From the human T2T-CHM13v2.0 reference genome, Homo sapiens: 64,000 nt of DNA. Positions 37,963 to 54,268 of the stretch are shown here, piece by piece. Location: the NCBI RefSeq assembly GCF_009914755.1, contig NC_060931.1; one strand, written 5' to 3'. How positions within the stretch are numbered: position 1 is the stretch's first letter; every line of letters starts with the position of its first letter. The notes below the pieces were generated by a model. That model was not told the DNA's origin. It did no database searches and was given only the letters and a program-made list of their open reading frames with translations. The position numbers and the translations under genes were made by a program.

Positions 37963-40900
37963 AGACTTCCCAGGGTCACTAGAGGTGGCATGTGTTTGCT
38001 TGGAGGGACCCCACACAGGTTGCCACGGGCACATCCGTGTTTACGCGAGGGATGTGTGCTGTGTGCAGTGGGAGGCAGAGGCACAGCACAGCTGAGAAGC
38101 AAAGAGAACTCGCCCTCGGTCCCTCCCTTTCCAGCCCTCCCTCTGTCTAACCCAAAGCAGCCTGTGTCCTCCTTCCCCCGAATCCTTCCCACTCCCTTCC
38201 ACATTCAGGACCCCCTTCCCTGGCAGGAGGGCAAACTTCATGGCCCGGGTCCGCAGTTCCCCTAGGTCTGGGGACAGAGGTGACTCCGTGTCTCCAGTGA
38301 CCATCGAGCATCAGCGGCTCCCTGATTCCTCTCTCTGTGGTGGTACTTCAAGCTCCAGGAGAACTGGAGGCGGCGGCGGTGAGGCGCATGTTGGAAAGGA
38401 GGCTCCAAACGTGTGTTTAGACACCGTGAAGTGGTCAAACTGTTCCAAAGTGGGCAAAATAGATTCGTTTAAAGAGACAGCACTTAGCCAATAATCCCAA
38501 ATAATGATGATCGTCTGCCAAGCTATCAAATCATTATTAGAAATACAAAACCAAAGCATAAGTAATCATAAAACCAGAAATAAATTAATAGATTTTAAAG
38601 CCCCCACAAAAAGCCATAAAGTGGATGTCAGAATGGATATACAAAAACACTCAGAATGGCCGTTGGAGGGACCCCGTGCTGAGAAGAAGCGGGATGGCCT
38701 TCCTGTGCTCCTCCCCAGAGGAGGGGCTGGTTTCCCCAGCAAAAAGGTTCACCTGCTCCCAGGCTGCTTTCCAGCCTCACCTGCGAGGTTTGGGAATCTG
38801 GGCCATTTGAGCAATGGGGGCGGTATCCCCGGAAGGATGTTGGGCGCGATTGCCTGGGTCTCTCACCTCCCCACTGCATCCACCCACCCTCTGCCCACTC
38901 TAAGGGGCACGAGGCTGTGAAGGGCCCTCCAGGAGGCCGCAGAGGCCAAGCTAGAACTTCCACCAAGGCCTGGGGTCGGTGGAGTCTGACAGACATACTC
39001 TGGCATGACAGTGAATGTTTAAAACACCTGTGCTAGACCTCTTTAGGTGGAATTTTCCCTGAAAAAATGCCGATGTTGCATAGAGCCTCAACTGTGACAT
39101 CTTTTTTTTCCTTAAGCAAATGTATATTTTCATTTTGAGTATTTGATAAGATTTAGAGTCCATGGACACCTTTCTGGTATTTGTGAGGTTTTCCCCTTCT
39201 TGAAAATTGATGGTCTGGTAGAAATTAGATAAGGTGTCCAATGGAGCTCACAGCATTGCAGCCTCCCGGGTTAGCTGTTGCCCGATGGTTCTGTGAGATG
39301 CCACCACTGAAGACCCGGAAGTGGAGACACAGGACTCTATGCACTATTTGTGCAACTTCCTAGGAATCTATAATTATTTCAAATTTAAAAGTTTTTTCTA
39401 ATCTGTGGTCTAATAAAAAACACAAAAGTATCTTTCAGCTTTGAAAAATATGATATAGCATATGGCTCTTCTTACAAAAGTCATTCCCTTAAATGCTTTT
39501 TACTTCTTTGGAGGAAGCTATTATTAATCTATTCAAGTTCAAAGGTTAATATAGTCCCTACTTTTGGGAAATGCATTTTGACTTCTAAGCCACTTCCAGC
39601 CTGGATGTGATCAGTCCTTGGGGCTCCTAAAGCCTCCCACGGTACTGGATCAAGTCAACACAGTTTCCAAGGCTCATGTGTGAGTGAAAATGAAGCCGGC
39701 CTGTATCTTAGGTGTGTGTGACACTGTTGAGAAAATATTTCATTTATTCCATTTATAAAAATAAGGTAATCTATAGGTGGGCTGAGGTGCAATTCTTCGG
39801 AAGAGAGTCCCAGTAAGAATTGACCAAATGTCTTCCAGCAAGTGCAACATGCTAATATGCTCAAAGATCCAGGAAATTTTGTTAACTCTGCTGGGAAACA
39901 AAACAACCACTTCTTTTCCTCTGTAGGACTGGCTACTACATTAACCAATCAATCCAATCAATATTGACAGACCATAGGCCCTAGGTTGCCATCCATATCC
40001 GTTGCGGAGCTGCATAAATGGGAATTTTTTAGGAAGCATTTCGCCGTTTGCAGTTGAGCTGTCACTTTGGTGACTGTGACTCCCTGAAGCAAAGAGATGG
40101 GACCCAGCGGCTTAAGAAATAAAAAGCACTGTGCACACAGGATGGGGCTGGCGTTACATGCCTGTACTCCCTTCTTCTCTGTGTGAAATTTAACAGTGAA
40201 CCTGAAGGTGACACCATTGCGCTTGATCTCAGCAAAGTGCTGACTAATTGGAAACTGGACGGCGTTTAGAATTATTTTGGTCACATTTATTTTACGAGCC
40301 TATTTATATAGCAGTGTTTGACTCTGGGTTTCCTGGAGCCTAATTCAAACTCTAGGAATATTTCATCCCGCCCTAGCCTGTTTCTGCATTTCTGGCTGTC
40401 AATGTAGTTCAAGCTCTTTCAGGATGGTAACTTAAGCTGCCATTTTAACTTGGAAAAAAAAATGATTAAATGTGGTTGAGTTGATTGTCGTTCCCATCCC
40501 CAGGAGGACAGTAGGGGTCCCATCTTGCTCAGTGTCTATGTTACATTCAGACTTCATGATTTGAGGGGTTCCAGGTTCCTGAACACCCACTTTTTCCCCA
40601 TGCCTGGATAAAAGTGCCTGAAATCCCTTCCTTGCACGGCCATCCCTGAGGGTTGGCACATCATAGCTGCACGAATGGCTTTGAGTCCACCTGGGAAATA
40701 AGAGTGAGTGTGGCAGGGCCTGGTAAAGTGCCAAACCCAGCCCTGAGTTCCAGCCTCCAGGTGTTTGCCATGGGAGGCGTGTGGGGTTTCTTCAGTGTGT
40801 TTACCTTTTGATATGTCTGATGTCCTCTTGCGGCACTTCACAGCCCATCTCCAACCCAGCTGTGTCTTCCCCAAACAAAATGCACTGAGTTTTCATTTTG

Positions 40901-41399
40901 TCTGTCAAACTGGTGCATCTTGGATGAGAAGGCAGGTGCCTGGTGCTTCCAGGCCCCCAGTTCCAGCAGCATCTTGTTCGTGGTGTGGTTGGACCACATC
41001 AGAGCCTCCTCGTGGCCTCTGCAGTGGATGAAGGGTCCACAGCATGTGGTTTGCGGGGGGATGTGCATATCAGGCAGCCGACAAAGCCATTGTCAGGCCA
41101 GCACTTCACACATCAGCCTTTGGGCCTCAGGTAAGCTTGAGATCAGTTGTCCTCTTTCACGATTGAAAAGGCCGCTGAAGACTTCCAGGAGCAACACAAA
41201 GGCAGGCAGTGAGTCACCCATCCCTGCAGATGCCTGTTTCATCCAAACACTCAGCCAGCTAGCGGTTCTGCATCGTCAGGATTCTGCAAAACCCCACACC
41301 ACTTGTACTTGTTCCATTTGATGCTCCATCCTGAACAACTCAGACAACCGTGTTCTGATCAGGGGGCCAGAGAAAGGCTGGAGGTCACAGGGAGCCATG

Positions 41400-41650
41400 G
41401 TAGTAACAATAGTGGCCCCAACCAGCATTTATCAGCACTTGCTCCGGGGCAGGGTGCTGTGGCAAATACTTGACATATTTTAACTCATTTCATCCTCTCA
41501 ACAGCCTGTGAGGCAGGAACTGCTATTATCCCCACTTGTCAGCTAAGGAAGCTGAGGCACCACAGCTTAGGTGATCGGGCCACATGCATGCAGCGAGGAA
41601 GCAAAAGCAGAGGAGTTGCATCTCGGACGCAAGCAGTGCGGCTCCAACAG
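41400..41650 (-). mobile_element. MIR
   Basis: ttaactcatttcatcctctcaacagcctgtgaggcagg...aggaagctgaggcac. Confidence 0.8.
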
Positions 41651-44489
41651 AGCCTGTTCTTCCAGACATGTGGTCATTGCATGGCGCTGCTCAGCCGCCT
41701 GCCCTCATGCGGTCTGAAGGACAACTGCAAATCCAGAGCGATGCCCGGCCTGCACTCCCATTGAGATGAGTCTGGGGAGGCAGAAGCAGTCACACCTGCA
41801 GCTCGTTCTCAGCACCTTCTCCGCCCATACACCACCCCCGGGGTCCATCCGAGCCAGCTCTGGGGTGAGCGTGCGGCACGGCACCTTCTCCTGCTCTGAG
41901 AAGCCTTCCACGTCACAGGGAAGAGATGCTCCTCAGGCCCTGGTGGCTGTTAAACCTGTGGGAGCCCCGTCGAATTAAGGGCTCTGCTTCCTGCAGCAGC
42001 TCAGCCTCCATGTGCAGGCTGGGGTCATACTCCATGCACTGTGAGAGCTCAGCCCTTGAACTTCACCCTCTAATGGCAGCCCCTTAGCCCCCAGGCAGCA
42101 GTCTTTGGCTAGCCATCCATTATTCTCTTTTGAATGTAATCGTAGCAGCAGTTCTGGGCTCTCCACACAGCACCAGGCCCCTTCCTTGTACCAACCCTAT
42201 GAGGTTCAACAATTCATCTGAGATCCACAGCAAACTTCAGGGCGAGGCCCGGACTCTTGTCTTATCTGACTACCAAGCAGGCGCTCTTGACTGTGGGCTG
42301 GGGGCTGATACCAGATGTCTGACAAGGGGGGAAAGGCAGCCCCAGACCCCAAGACCCAGGATCTCCTGGCCTTCACGTCGCTGCCATCTGGGAAATGTGC
42401 TCACAGCAGCAGCCTCTGTGACCACTGAGCTGCTGGTCAAAAATCACCCCTGGTTTAGATCAGCCCTGGTGAGGCCATGCCAGCACAGGCATTTGCACCT
42501 CACGCCTCTGTTGAACAGTGTGCAAAGCAGCAGCGCTTCCAACCCGCGCTGTGGGGCTGAGCCAGGAAAGCGGGGCCCATGGCCTACAGCTGGGCAGGGC
42601 AAGACAGGAGGCCTCGGGGAGCCGGCTCCTGAGCCGCTGTGTGACGCCATGACTGGCAGCTGAGGTGTGGCCCACGTTCTGTTACAGGGCAGAGCCTCGG
42701 CACTGTGCGTCAGCTAGCAAAGGGGGCTCTGGAAGGCTGGGACCCGTCTTTATCATACTATCCTCTCCCAGCCCTGCTGTGAAATTTGAAATTACTGTTT
42801 CAGAATTCTTTGTCCTTTCCCCTCCTCTCCCCCACTGACCCCAAAACCACCCTGGGAATATTTGACTTTTTTCCTCTTTAGAAAATCTTATCTACAAACA
42901 GAGCCTGCGGGGTGTTCACAGATGTGACTCTGAATTATTTAAAAGCTGTTTCCTTAAGAAGGTAATTATGGTTGGGACCAACCTATACTCATTTGGTGCC
43001 TGGATATTCAAACAAACCACTTAGGTACTGGGATAAAAAAACCAACAAAATCATAGTGAATACATTGCGGGCTTTAATGTAAATATGAAAGGCAGGCCCA
43101 CTTAGAGACGTGGATGCCAACTCGACGTGTGGGAGTCGAAATTGCGGTGTGGCTTGCAATGCAGCCCCACAGCCATGCAGAGAAAGCGTGCGTGTGGCGG
43201 GGTTGAAGCTGGCTACACTGGCTGACAGCACCCCACAGCGGCCTGCAAGCGCATGTGGGAGCTTGGGATCACTAGGCAGCCTGGTTCCCACTCCTTTATG
43301 GCATCAAAAGTTAGGTTTCTCTACCTCCTACTCTCTTCATTTGGGTCTTTGTAAGAAAGCAAAAACAGCCCCTACCACCAGTGGTGCCCAGGTGGGTCCA
43401 TGAAGCAACGCCAGATGCAGTTGGTTTCCAGCCTCTGTTCCTGCACCAGTGCTGCTGGGCGCACCCCTGCCCCACCTTCTCCCTGAGGCACCCCCTCCTA
43501 GACTGTCAAGGCTGTGCCCACAGCTCCCCTTCCATCAAGCACAGGGCGCCCACACATGGAGAGACATCAGGAGCATGGCATTCCAGAGGGCCCACATGTC
43601 ACTGTCACGCTACACGCCAAGGAGTTTGCCCGCCATCCTGCAGGACCCAGGAGGAGCACTGTCAGACGTCCCTCTCGAAAAGCTTCTGGTCGCTGTGCAG
43701 AGAATGGATGGAAGGACCCCAGGTTGCAGACAGGAGGGCTGCTGGGGGCCATGGTGGAAAGGATGAGAGTCTGGACCAGCAGGGGGGCCTCCAATGAGGG
43801 GCTGCCTCTGCAGGCCCTGCAGGGAGAGATGCACCTGGAAAGGGGCCGAAGAGCTGCCATCTCAATCCAGTCCAGGGAGGTGTGGCACTTGCTGGGGTGG
43901 CGAAGCATCATACAGAATCCTACAGCCTGTGGCCCTCAAAACCTGGGTCTTGTCCAGTCCTAACAAAGAAGGAACAGCCCCGCTGCCTCCTTGGGTGCAG
44001 CAGCAGGCGACTGGGTGGGTGTCTGGAGAGTAGGTCCTCATGCCTCTCACCCTGCAGGCCAACTGGGCAAAGCCCTGGCTCTCAGAAACAGTGGCCAGGA
44101 CACAGCGGGCAGCTGCCCCATCACAGCCGTGGAGCCACCACCAAGGTTGGGGCCGTCCAGCAAATGCACAAACCCATTTCAGACCTGGAGATAAAAGCCA
44201 GCTCTTTCCTGCAGATCATATGGGGCAGAACCAAAAAGACTAAAAATGTAAAAAGATGATGAAGGAAAGTAAATGTTAAAAGAAAAAAAATTTCGAAAGC
44301 AGCCTGGTGCCTAACTTCAGCCCTAGGTCTTAACATGGCTGCATCAGGCAAGTTTCTACCTAAGACCCACAGCTTTCAAATATTTTAAGGAGCAATTTGG
44401 TGGCCAAAGAGAGAAAGTCTCATTATAAAGTGGCCTTTATGTGAGGGGACCTTGCCAAGTCATGCCAAGACAGAGGACACTGGGCCATC

Positions 44490-45330
44490 TGTCCTCAAGT
44501 AGTTTTTGCTCATGAATCCCTAAGATAATTTTTGAAAAATCATGTTTCCCCTACACATTTTTAAGTTGTCACCTAAAGTTTTTCTCATTAATTCAAAGCT
44601 GTACAAAATAAGTTTTTAGCATATTTATTTTAAAATAAAAGTATTACATAATCCTATGATATCTAAGTATTGTGGCAATTTGATACTTACCACTGCCCAG
44701 TTAAACATTTCTGGAACAAGTTCTTCTTAGCTTTACATCCTTCCTTTTCCTCCTCGAGCTGATATTTACATTCCATTTGTCCGCCCGTCACCCCAGAATT
44801 CTGTCCTAACGTCATTTAATCTTGGAAATATTTTAAAGGTCTTTTCTTTTTAACTTCCGGTGACCATAAGGCCATAATCATTACTTGTTGGATGGAATTA
44901 TTATCATAATTATCACTTGTTCACATCAAGCAATTAGGATACATTACATACTTTGATAATTGTTGGACATAAAAAGTTATGATTGCTCTGAGATGCATCT
45001 CTTAGCGAGCTGGGTGTGGTGGTTTTTCACTCAGTTCATGAGCACACCTGACTCATTTCCAGAGAAGACCTTGTCAGAAACGTGTGCGCTCCTGGTTTTT
45101 CCCTCCTTTTGGTGGTCGCTTCTTTTTGTTTCTGTAGAATGTCTGAAAATGTGTTCATGTAAATAAATGGAGAGAGAGGAGTCTTGTTATAGCAGTGCCA
45201 TTTTCACTGAACGCCTGAGCTATATGCCAAAACATTGTGGCCCATCCATTCTCTGTCATTAAGGATTATTTTCAATGATCTATTGATTTTTAGCTCAGTG
45301 AGATTCCCCTTCCATTTTGTTAAAATCAAA
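44490..45330. mobile_element. Possible hAT-Charlie DNA transposon remnant
   Basis: AT-rich block starting tttttgctcatgaatccctaagataatttttgaaaaatcatg; family assignment by recollection only. Confidence 0.35.
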
Positions 45331-46198
45331 GGATGACAAGCCGACCATGTTACTGGGGGCTCTTACCCATTACTGGGGGAGTTCTCTTACTGAACTCAGC
45401 CTTGGTGGTCCCTCATCCTTCATGTGGAGCCCACCTGTGTACAAGATGCCCCAGGGACAGATGAGGGGGCTCCAAGGCCTTCCTTGCCCTCGTGACGCCT
45501 GTGTCAGGCCATGATGAAAGAGGCACAGGAAAGGAGCAGTTCCTTGGAGCGAATCAGGCATGTCCATTCTCAGCACATTTGCCAGCAGGCTCCTATGGAT
45601 GCAGAGAGCCTGGGAACCAGTCTCCTGAATCCCACGTGTCTGCACTCGAAATCTTCTGGACCCACAGGGTTGCACGCGTGAGCAGCTGTCCTGGTGGGTG
45701 GAGTGTCTGCAGATTTGCTGTTGGAACGTGTTAGACTTCAGTCCAGCATTTGGGTGGGCAAGCTGGCATTTGGCTAACACAGAGTGGAAAGCAAGCCACG
45801 CATGGAGCTGCACGCCCTGCAGGATGTCTGCAGGTGCTTCTTCCTCTCTACTACCTAATGCGGGAGGAGAGCTGGGCTTCGCTGCCACCCAGCAGCTCTC
45901 GGTGCCTCGAGGAGCACCTGCAGGCTGGGCACTGTGCCAGCCACTGCACCCGCTCATCCGTGGGCTGGAGGACACACACATGAGTCCCCTCAATGCACAA
46001 CTCCTCTGGCATCAAACACCTGCCATGGGCCCAGCATGATGCTAGAAGGACCAAAAATAAATGCCACCTACTGGGACCCTGCCCTCAAGTTGCTTAAAAT
46101 CTGGCTGGAGGAAAAAAGATATGGCAAAAAGAATAATAGTTGCCCAAACTGTGTCAGACTGACTCTAACAACTCAACATTCGGAGTTCAGAGAAAAGA

Positions 46199-47098
<900 letters not shown>

Positions 47099-48789
47099 TG
47101 GAGCTCAGAGAAAAGAGATTTCCAGTTAAGGTGAGTAAGTTTAAACAGTAGTCATGCGGGCTCTGGGCCTGAATCTGGTCTTCGAATATGACTAATGGCC
47201 TAGCCCTGGGGTAAGCGGACGGCAGCTGCAAGAGCACAGGGAGGGGGCGAGGTGGGGCAGAGAGGGGTCCTACTGATGGCCGCAGGGGAAGGTGCACGTG
47301 AGGAGTGAGCAGAAATACAGCAGGAGAGGCCTGGACTAGAAAGGCACAGAAAACCCAGGCAGGGGAAGTCAGGCCAAGGCAACAGGGAGATGCCGGAGAG
47401 ACTTCTGCCTAAGCCTCTGCGTGCACACACCATCCTGCAGTTTTATTTCTTGTAGAAATGTGAGAAAGGGAAGCGGCTGCTCTCTCCTCTTTTAGATCCG
47501 TTGCCTATTGGTGTTCATTGGATCTGGTCACCAATTTTCCAAAATTTAGCACAGTGGTGATTCCATCAATCCCCTGAACCTGCCGGGCCACTTGGAAGCA
47601 TGTCTTGCAACAGTGCACAGCTACACCACGACCTGCCCATGGGACGCAGCGAGGGAAGCAGCCTCATGAGCAGGCCTGAGTCTCTGCGGTCTCACTGTGT
47701 CCAGATCTGATAATAGCTAATTCCACCAAATATTAGAGGGGGCTCACATTTAATTAAAGAGTGGCCATTTGTGTGCTCCAGACTGGAGGTCCCCACTGCC
47801 CTGAAGTCAAAAGAAAAGTCCTTCAGGGAATATGCCAATCTTTTCTTATTTCTCTGCTGAGCTCCTGCCCTCTTTGAATGCAATTATGGGAACAAATAAA
47901 ATGGCTTAACTCAAGTCCCCTGTGGGACAGTCAGCTCTCTGCTGATAAAACCAGTTGTGTGGGCAATCATTAAATGAGAAATCTAATATTTAACTAAATT
48001 TAATAGTCTGTTGCTTTGGTGCTTTCCTGTGAAGGGTGGGATTTCAATAGAGAGGAACGAGGTATTCACACGCAGCCTGTGTAGTCCATGAGCGATTAGA
48101 ACATGGTGCGTTCCCACATGAAACCAGAACTCTCAGATCCGGAAACTGGTAACGGGCTGTTTGGTGGCCAGCCTGTGTTCCGTTAGCTCTAGGCAAGCTT
48201 AACTCAGTAGGCAGCAGAGAACATTGCTCCCTGAGTTTAACCTTCTCCTTCATGACCAGCATTTGAGATCGCACACTGACGGCTGAAACATCAAATTCAC
48301 ATGCATATATATGGAGACAAGAGCGTACTTTAACCAGCTGTAAGAGGGTCTGTCCCCATTTTCTCTCAGTTTGAGATTTGGCCATCCAGACAGGCTCTTG
48401 CCACTAGCAGACCCCCCCAGCTGAAGCCCTTTCTGGGACCCAGAAGCAGAAGCTAACTGATAGCAAGAAGCCCATCTCTGTTCTCATTGGTAGGGTCTTT
48501 CTACCTTTGCTCCTGCCAGTTCCCCTGATCTTCATCGGTTGTCACTTCCATCATTTGACCCACATTTGCACACCCCAAGTTCCTCACCTGTTTTGCACCT
48601 GGGATGATCATGTCAGCAGGCAGAGGAGCAGAGACCACAGGTTCTCCAAGGGTTACAGCTGAGGCGTCGAGATGACCTCATGAGATCGAGGCACTGGTCT
48701 CCTACAATAAGCTGGAGTTTGGAGCGTGTGGATGAACTGCCTCATAGTCCCAGAGTCGAGTGAATTAACTTAGGTGCATCATTAGTCTC

Positions 48790-48905
48790 CTAAACATCAG
48801 AAAATTTTCCATCAACTTCTAAACACCAGAAACTTTTCCATCAACTTCTAAACACCAGAAACTTTTCCATCAATTTCTAAACACCAGAAACTTTTCCATC
48901 AATTT
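48790..48905. repeat. 29-bp tandem repeat x4 (TAAACACCAGAAACTTTTCCATCAACTTC)
   Basis: Units start at 48791, 48820, 48849 and 48878. Confidence 0.95.
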
Positions 48906-51272
48906 AATGCAGTTTGCTTTGGGTCCTCGGGTCTGAGCTGTGTGGGAAACACTGGTTGATAGTCTGGCCTCAGTTTTTCCAACTCTTACCGTTCAAGAGA
49001 TCTGAGCCCTGAAGACCTTTGCAGCTTCCTGAGACACTCAGGAGGACCTCTCCTCGGTCCTGTTTAGTTTCCTGGGGCCACATGGGAACAAGGAGAAAGA
49101 CTTGGGTAGAAACCCAGACTCGTTACCATCTAAAGATGCTTAATTTCCAAGATATGAATCGATTTTCCACAAACCCATCTACCCCGGGTACCCAAAACTA
49201 GTGCATTTCGTCTCTGGGATAGGACTGAACACTGATACCTTGGCGAGGGGTAGGGAGAAGGATTTGCTGCCAGGAAAATGACCAAAACTTTCATTTGGTG
49301 TTAAGTGTATCCAGAGAGCTTGACAGGTGCCTGAGATAGGGTGGTCAGGTCCCTCTTGGAGGAGGTAACGCTTGCGTTGATGGAGGAGAAGGAGCTAGCA
49401 AGGAAGATTTCAAACACAGGGCAGCACGTGCAAAGGCCCTGGGGCAGCAAAGAGCTTGGGAAATGCTGTTCTCTTCATTACCAGGCAGCACTCCCTGCTA
49501 GTCTTCCTTTCCTGTAACTGTGAATAGAACATGAATGATATGCAGTCACTGTCTCATAAACCAACTCCTCTCACCTGAGTGTGTGCCTGGAGCATTGCAT
49601 TAAAGGGCTGAGGGCATTTGGACTCAGCACCAATGAGTGCTGCCGCCCATCCATTAGGAACATGGGCTGAGGCTGTGAAGCTGGCGCAGGGGCATGCAGG
49701 CCCCTTGGGGTGGAGTGCACCTCCCCTAACTCACGTGCATGCCTGTGAGGGAGAGTGCGCCACCTCTGCAGCCAAGTCTCTGGGTCTCAGAGTTAAGGTC
49801 AAGTCTACTTGGACTTCCCTTGGACTTCACCACTGCAGACACCCCTTGCAGACGTAGCTGTGTTTCCTGCTGGGACACGTGTCCTGCAAGGGACACGTTT
49901 CTCGCATGCTACGTGGTGTTCGGAACCTTTCCCAGTGGTGGTCTAACGTCAGATTTGTTAAAACTCTACCTGTTTGAAAACTAGTGTCACTATTTCTCCC
50001 CTTATTTTTTATCAAAGCTCAATATTCAAATGTGTCCAGCAACTTGCAAGTCATTTTCATTTTATGTACTCGTCACAAGCGCTGGGAGCTTCCATTTCCC
50101 CCTGTTCCTCTACAGAAGGTTGCCAGGCCTTCTGGGCAGAGTTCTTGAATAAAGCCACAGCCCCATGTTCTCCACACAAAGCCACACGTCCAGATTCTCC
50201 TAGTTATGGGCGGTCATTTGACCTCCAGCTGCCCCGGAGAAGCGCCCACCTGCAGAGCAGCTTTTTTTTTTTTTTTCAAGGGAGTTATATGGGAGGATGA
50301 CTGGACATCCATTCTAGCATTGTTTGTGATCATTTGTTTACGCTTTAAACAAATGCACAAATTGCAGCTGCTTCCAAGTGATTTGACGAGCCAAAGGCAA
50401 AGTTCCTTGCAGAAAAATTCCCTTTCACAATGAACCACAAGTTATCCCCATGTGTAGGCTTAGTGTGAGAAGGGAGAAAGGAAGTTGGGTGGTTTTTATG
50501 ACACGTCAGATGGTGAAATGAAACAGAATGGCCATTTCAGTACATGAACGGAGAGTTCCTCAGGGGACTTCTTTGCATCTGAAGAAATAGATAACGAGGA
50601 CGTGTGTGTGCTGTCGCGGCAGAGGCACAAAGGTCCAGCGCATCCACACCACAGGGCAGAACTGACCTTGGTCTCTACCACGGAGGGAGGACAGCCAGTC
50701 CCACTGCAGTGTGAAGCAAGGCTCACACGACTCCACTGTCCACAAATACAGTCACCGAAGTTAAGGTCTCTCCAGAGACCAGCTTATCTTCTGTTTTGGG
50801 AGAGAGATCAGAATCCATTTTATTTCTGGGAACATTTAATAAAGATGATACCCTAGTTTCTACCCACCTTTCCTTTTCTGGTTATTATGGCCACAATTTT
50901 TGGAAAACCATTTGTCCTAACAGATGTGTAATGTAGGTTTTCTTAAAACCAGCAGTCATGGGAAGAATCATACCAAAACCTGTGCGTGTGACGCCACGGA
51001 GAACAAAAACCTCTGGTGGGGGAAGGAGAAAGCCTAAGACGGTGGGGAGAATCTTTAATCCACCCAAATTCCAGATTTGAGTCTAGGCTTTTGAGCGCAT
51101 AACTTGAGCGTGTTTTTTAATGCCCAGTTTCTTTTTCTGTACACTAGAAATAATAATAATCACCTCTGAGGCTGATGAAAGCAGCAGTTACGCACATGAA
51201 AAGCCATGGCCCGCAGAGGTCCTCCATGAGTGACCACTGCATCTCAGTGTGTCCCTGTTTCCTCTCTTTCAG

Positions 51273-51371
51273 AAATGTTTGACCTAGAAACAAATGAACA
51301 TGTCAAGAAGGCCATAAATGACCGACAGATGCCTAAAGTGGAATACAGGGACATTGAGATTGATGATTACA
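51273..51371 (+). CDS. DPP6: DPP6 internal coding exon (99 nt, phase 1-1): (K)[32 protein letters not shown](N)
   Basis: Acceptor ctctctttcAG at 51271-51272, donor A|GTAAGT at 51372; open frame continuous with the flanking exons. Confidence 0.97.
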
Positions 51372-53255
51372 GTAAGTACTACGTTTTTCCCCTCTAAAAG
51401 AAAAAGAAAAAGAAAACGTGGGCTGTGACACAGTGCAGTCATCAGCAGCAGGTGCCCTGCAAGGAAGACTCCCCAAGCACGGGGGTGTATCTTTGCCCCT
51501 CAGCTCCTCTGGCATGGAGTGTCTTGTGTTCAGAACCAAGATGCTCACTCTGGTGACAAAACCAAAAAAAGCAGGGCACAGGATCTCTCTCCCTGAGAGG
51601 CTGACAGTTGCTTCAAAGCAAGACCACAGACTCCAACGCTCTCCTTCTTTGGTGACCGTGTCAAGACACCGTCCAGAAAAACCTCTTCCCTCTGGAAATT
51701 CCCTTTCTGTGCCATCTGAAGTCCTTCCTGCCTCATCAGCTGGTGGATTATGGGCTGATGAGGGGCGTCCTTGCAGCCAGGGTTTACGTGAGGAGGTTTG
51801 AGTGCTGTTACTCCCTAGGAAATGCTTCTCACTCTGCCTTTCTCTGCCTGTGCCCTTCTTTCCTTGAACTGTCCCTCCAGTCATTCGGTAAGTTCTCCTG
51901 GGCACTAACTCTGTGCTAGGCGTTGCTAAGCACTAAACACCCCAGAGCATTAGCTGGACCTGGACTCACAGCTCTAGGAGGGAGGCAGAGCCTCGGAGCC
52001 TCAACTCCCACCTCCGCACAGATGGCTCCCAAGTCACCCGGCTGGCCCCGTGTCCTCACTGCCCACCAGGTCGTTACTCTTGGAAACCCAAGTGTAAAAT
52101 GCCCACAGCGGATTTCACTGTCTTCCCCCAGAACTCTGTCCCGCTCCAGACTTCCCCACCTCTATGCATAGCAGCCTTTTGGTGGTAAGTTGGTGTCGAA
52201 TAACTGAGACTTCAAACCTTGAAGCTGTCTTTGAGTCATTCATGCAGACACCACTTACCCATCACCTCTGAGGCTGTAAACGGGTTTCCCTCCTGTGCAA
52301 ACTCCGACTGACTGATAGTAACTGCAGGAGCTCTTTGTTGAAAGGGAAGGTTTCCAGAGCTCGGCGGAAAGCGTGTTGAGGCTGATAAGTAACACTGAGC
52401 TGAAAGGGCAGGGGGAGGAGCCACACACCTTGCGTTTGCCATCCCTAGACCGTCTCTGGAACCTCTTTGTCTGCCCTTCCCTGACACGAGACAGCAGCGT
52501 GTCGCCTGGAGCCTAGGGTATTCGCTGGCAGCCCCCTTGTGCTCAGCAGCTTAGAGGAGACACAATCACCTAACAGACTCAGCTCCCAAGAGCAGGTACC
52601 AAGGCTCACCCCACGAAACAAAAACAGGTCCCCCAAACAGTACGTGCTGCAAAGCTGCATTGCGTAGAGCAGAAAGTAAATAGCACGAGAATTCAGAGAA
52701 GAGCATGAGACTGGGCTGGGGACATGTGGGAATGCTCACGGAACGTGGGACTTGAACATGGTCCCTAGAGTCAGCATCAGGTGGGCTCACAAGAGGAGAC
52801 CGTGCAATCCAGAGAAGAGGGCAACGTGAGGGGTCTTAGGCAAGGGCAAGTGCAGTGCAGTGTGGCTGGGTCTGGAGGCTGCCCTGGAGTCCCAGCCTGC
52901 AGGACAGCCCAGGTGTGGGCCCTGCACAGGGACCCTCACTCGCCTGTGCTCACCACGCCCTCCCTGCAGCCCACCACAGGTCCGGGCCAAAAACTTCTGG
53001 CCCCGCCATTTGGCCACAGGAAGCTATGCTCTATCACAACTTTTCTGGACATTGCATTCACCTCTGAAAGTCAGAACATTCTGGAATTTTGATGCACTTC
53101 AGATCCGCTCCCGCCCCCACCCCCACCCCCACCCCTGCCCCCAACACACTCACATGTCCAAAGGCTGTCTCTCTTAAAATACCCTGAAGGTGACCACGCC
53201 AGGGAAGGGGGCATGAACGAAATGAGTAGGGAATGGTCTAGGAGAAAGAGAATAA

Positions 53256-53558
53256 TTTTGTGTGTGTCTGTGTGTGAGACAGAGTCTCGCTCTGTCCCCC
53301 AGGCTAGAATGCAGTGGTACGATCTTGGGTTACTGCAGCCTTGACCTCCCGAGCTCAAGTGATCCTCCCACCTCAGCCTCCTGAGTAGCTGGGACCACAG
53401 GCAGGCCACATGCCCAACTAATTCTTTTTTTTTTTTTTTTTCGTAGAGACAGGGTCTCACTATGTTGCCCAAACTGGTCTTGAACTACGGGGCTCAAGCA
53501 ATCCTGCCTCAGTCCCCCAAAGTGCCAGGATTATAGGTGTCAGCCATCATGCCCAGCC
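53256..53558 (-). mobile_element. AluJ with (TG)n-converted tail
   Basis: Full dimer on the minus strand. Confidence 0.9.
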
Positions 53559-53599
53559 TAGAGGAGGAAGAAGAGAAATTCAAGAAAACCATAAACAAG

Positions 53600-54268
<669 letters not shown>

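Noticed and set aside
45370-45993. 207-aa minus ORF; similar ORFs at 61033-61623, 51333-51905, 15824-16384 and 63431-63961
   Set aside because: No recognisable domain or codon/splice support; expected by chance in GC-rich intron.
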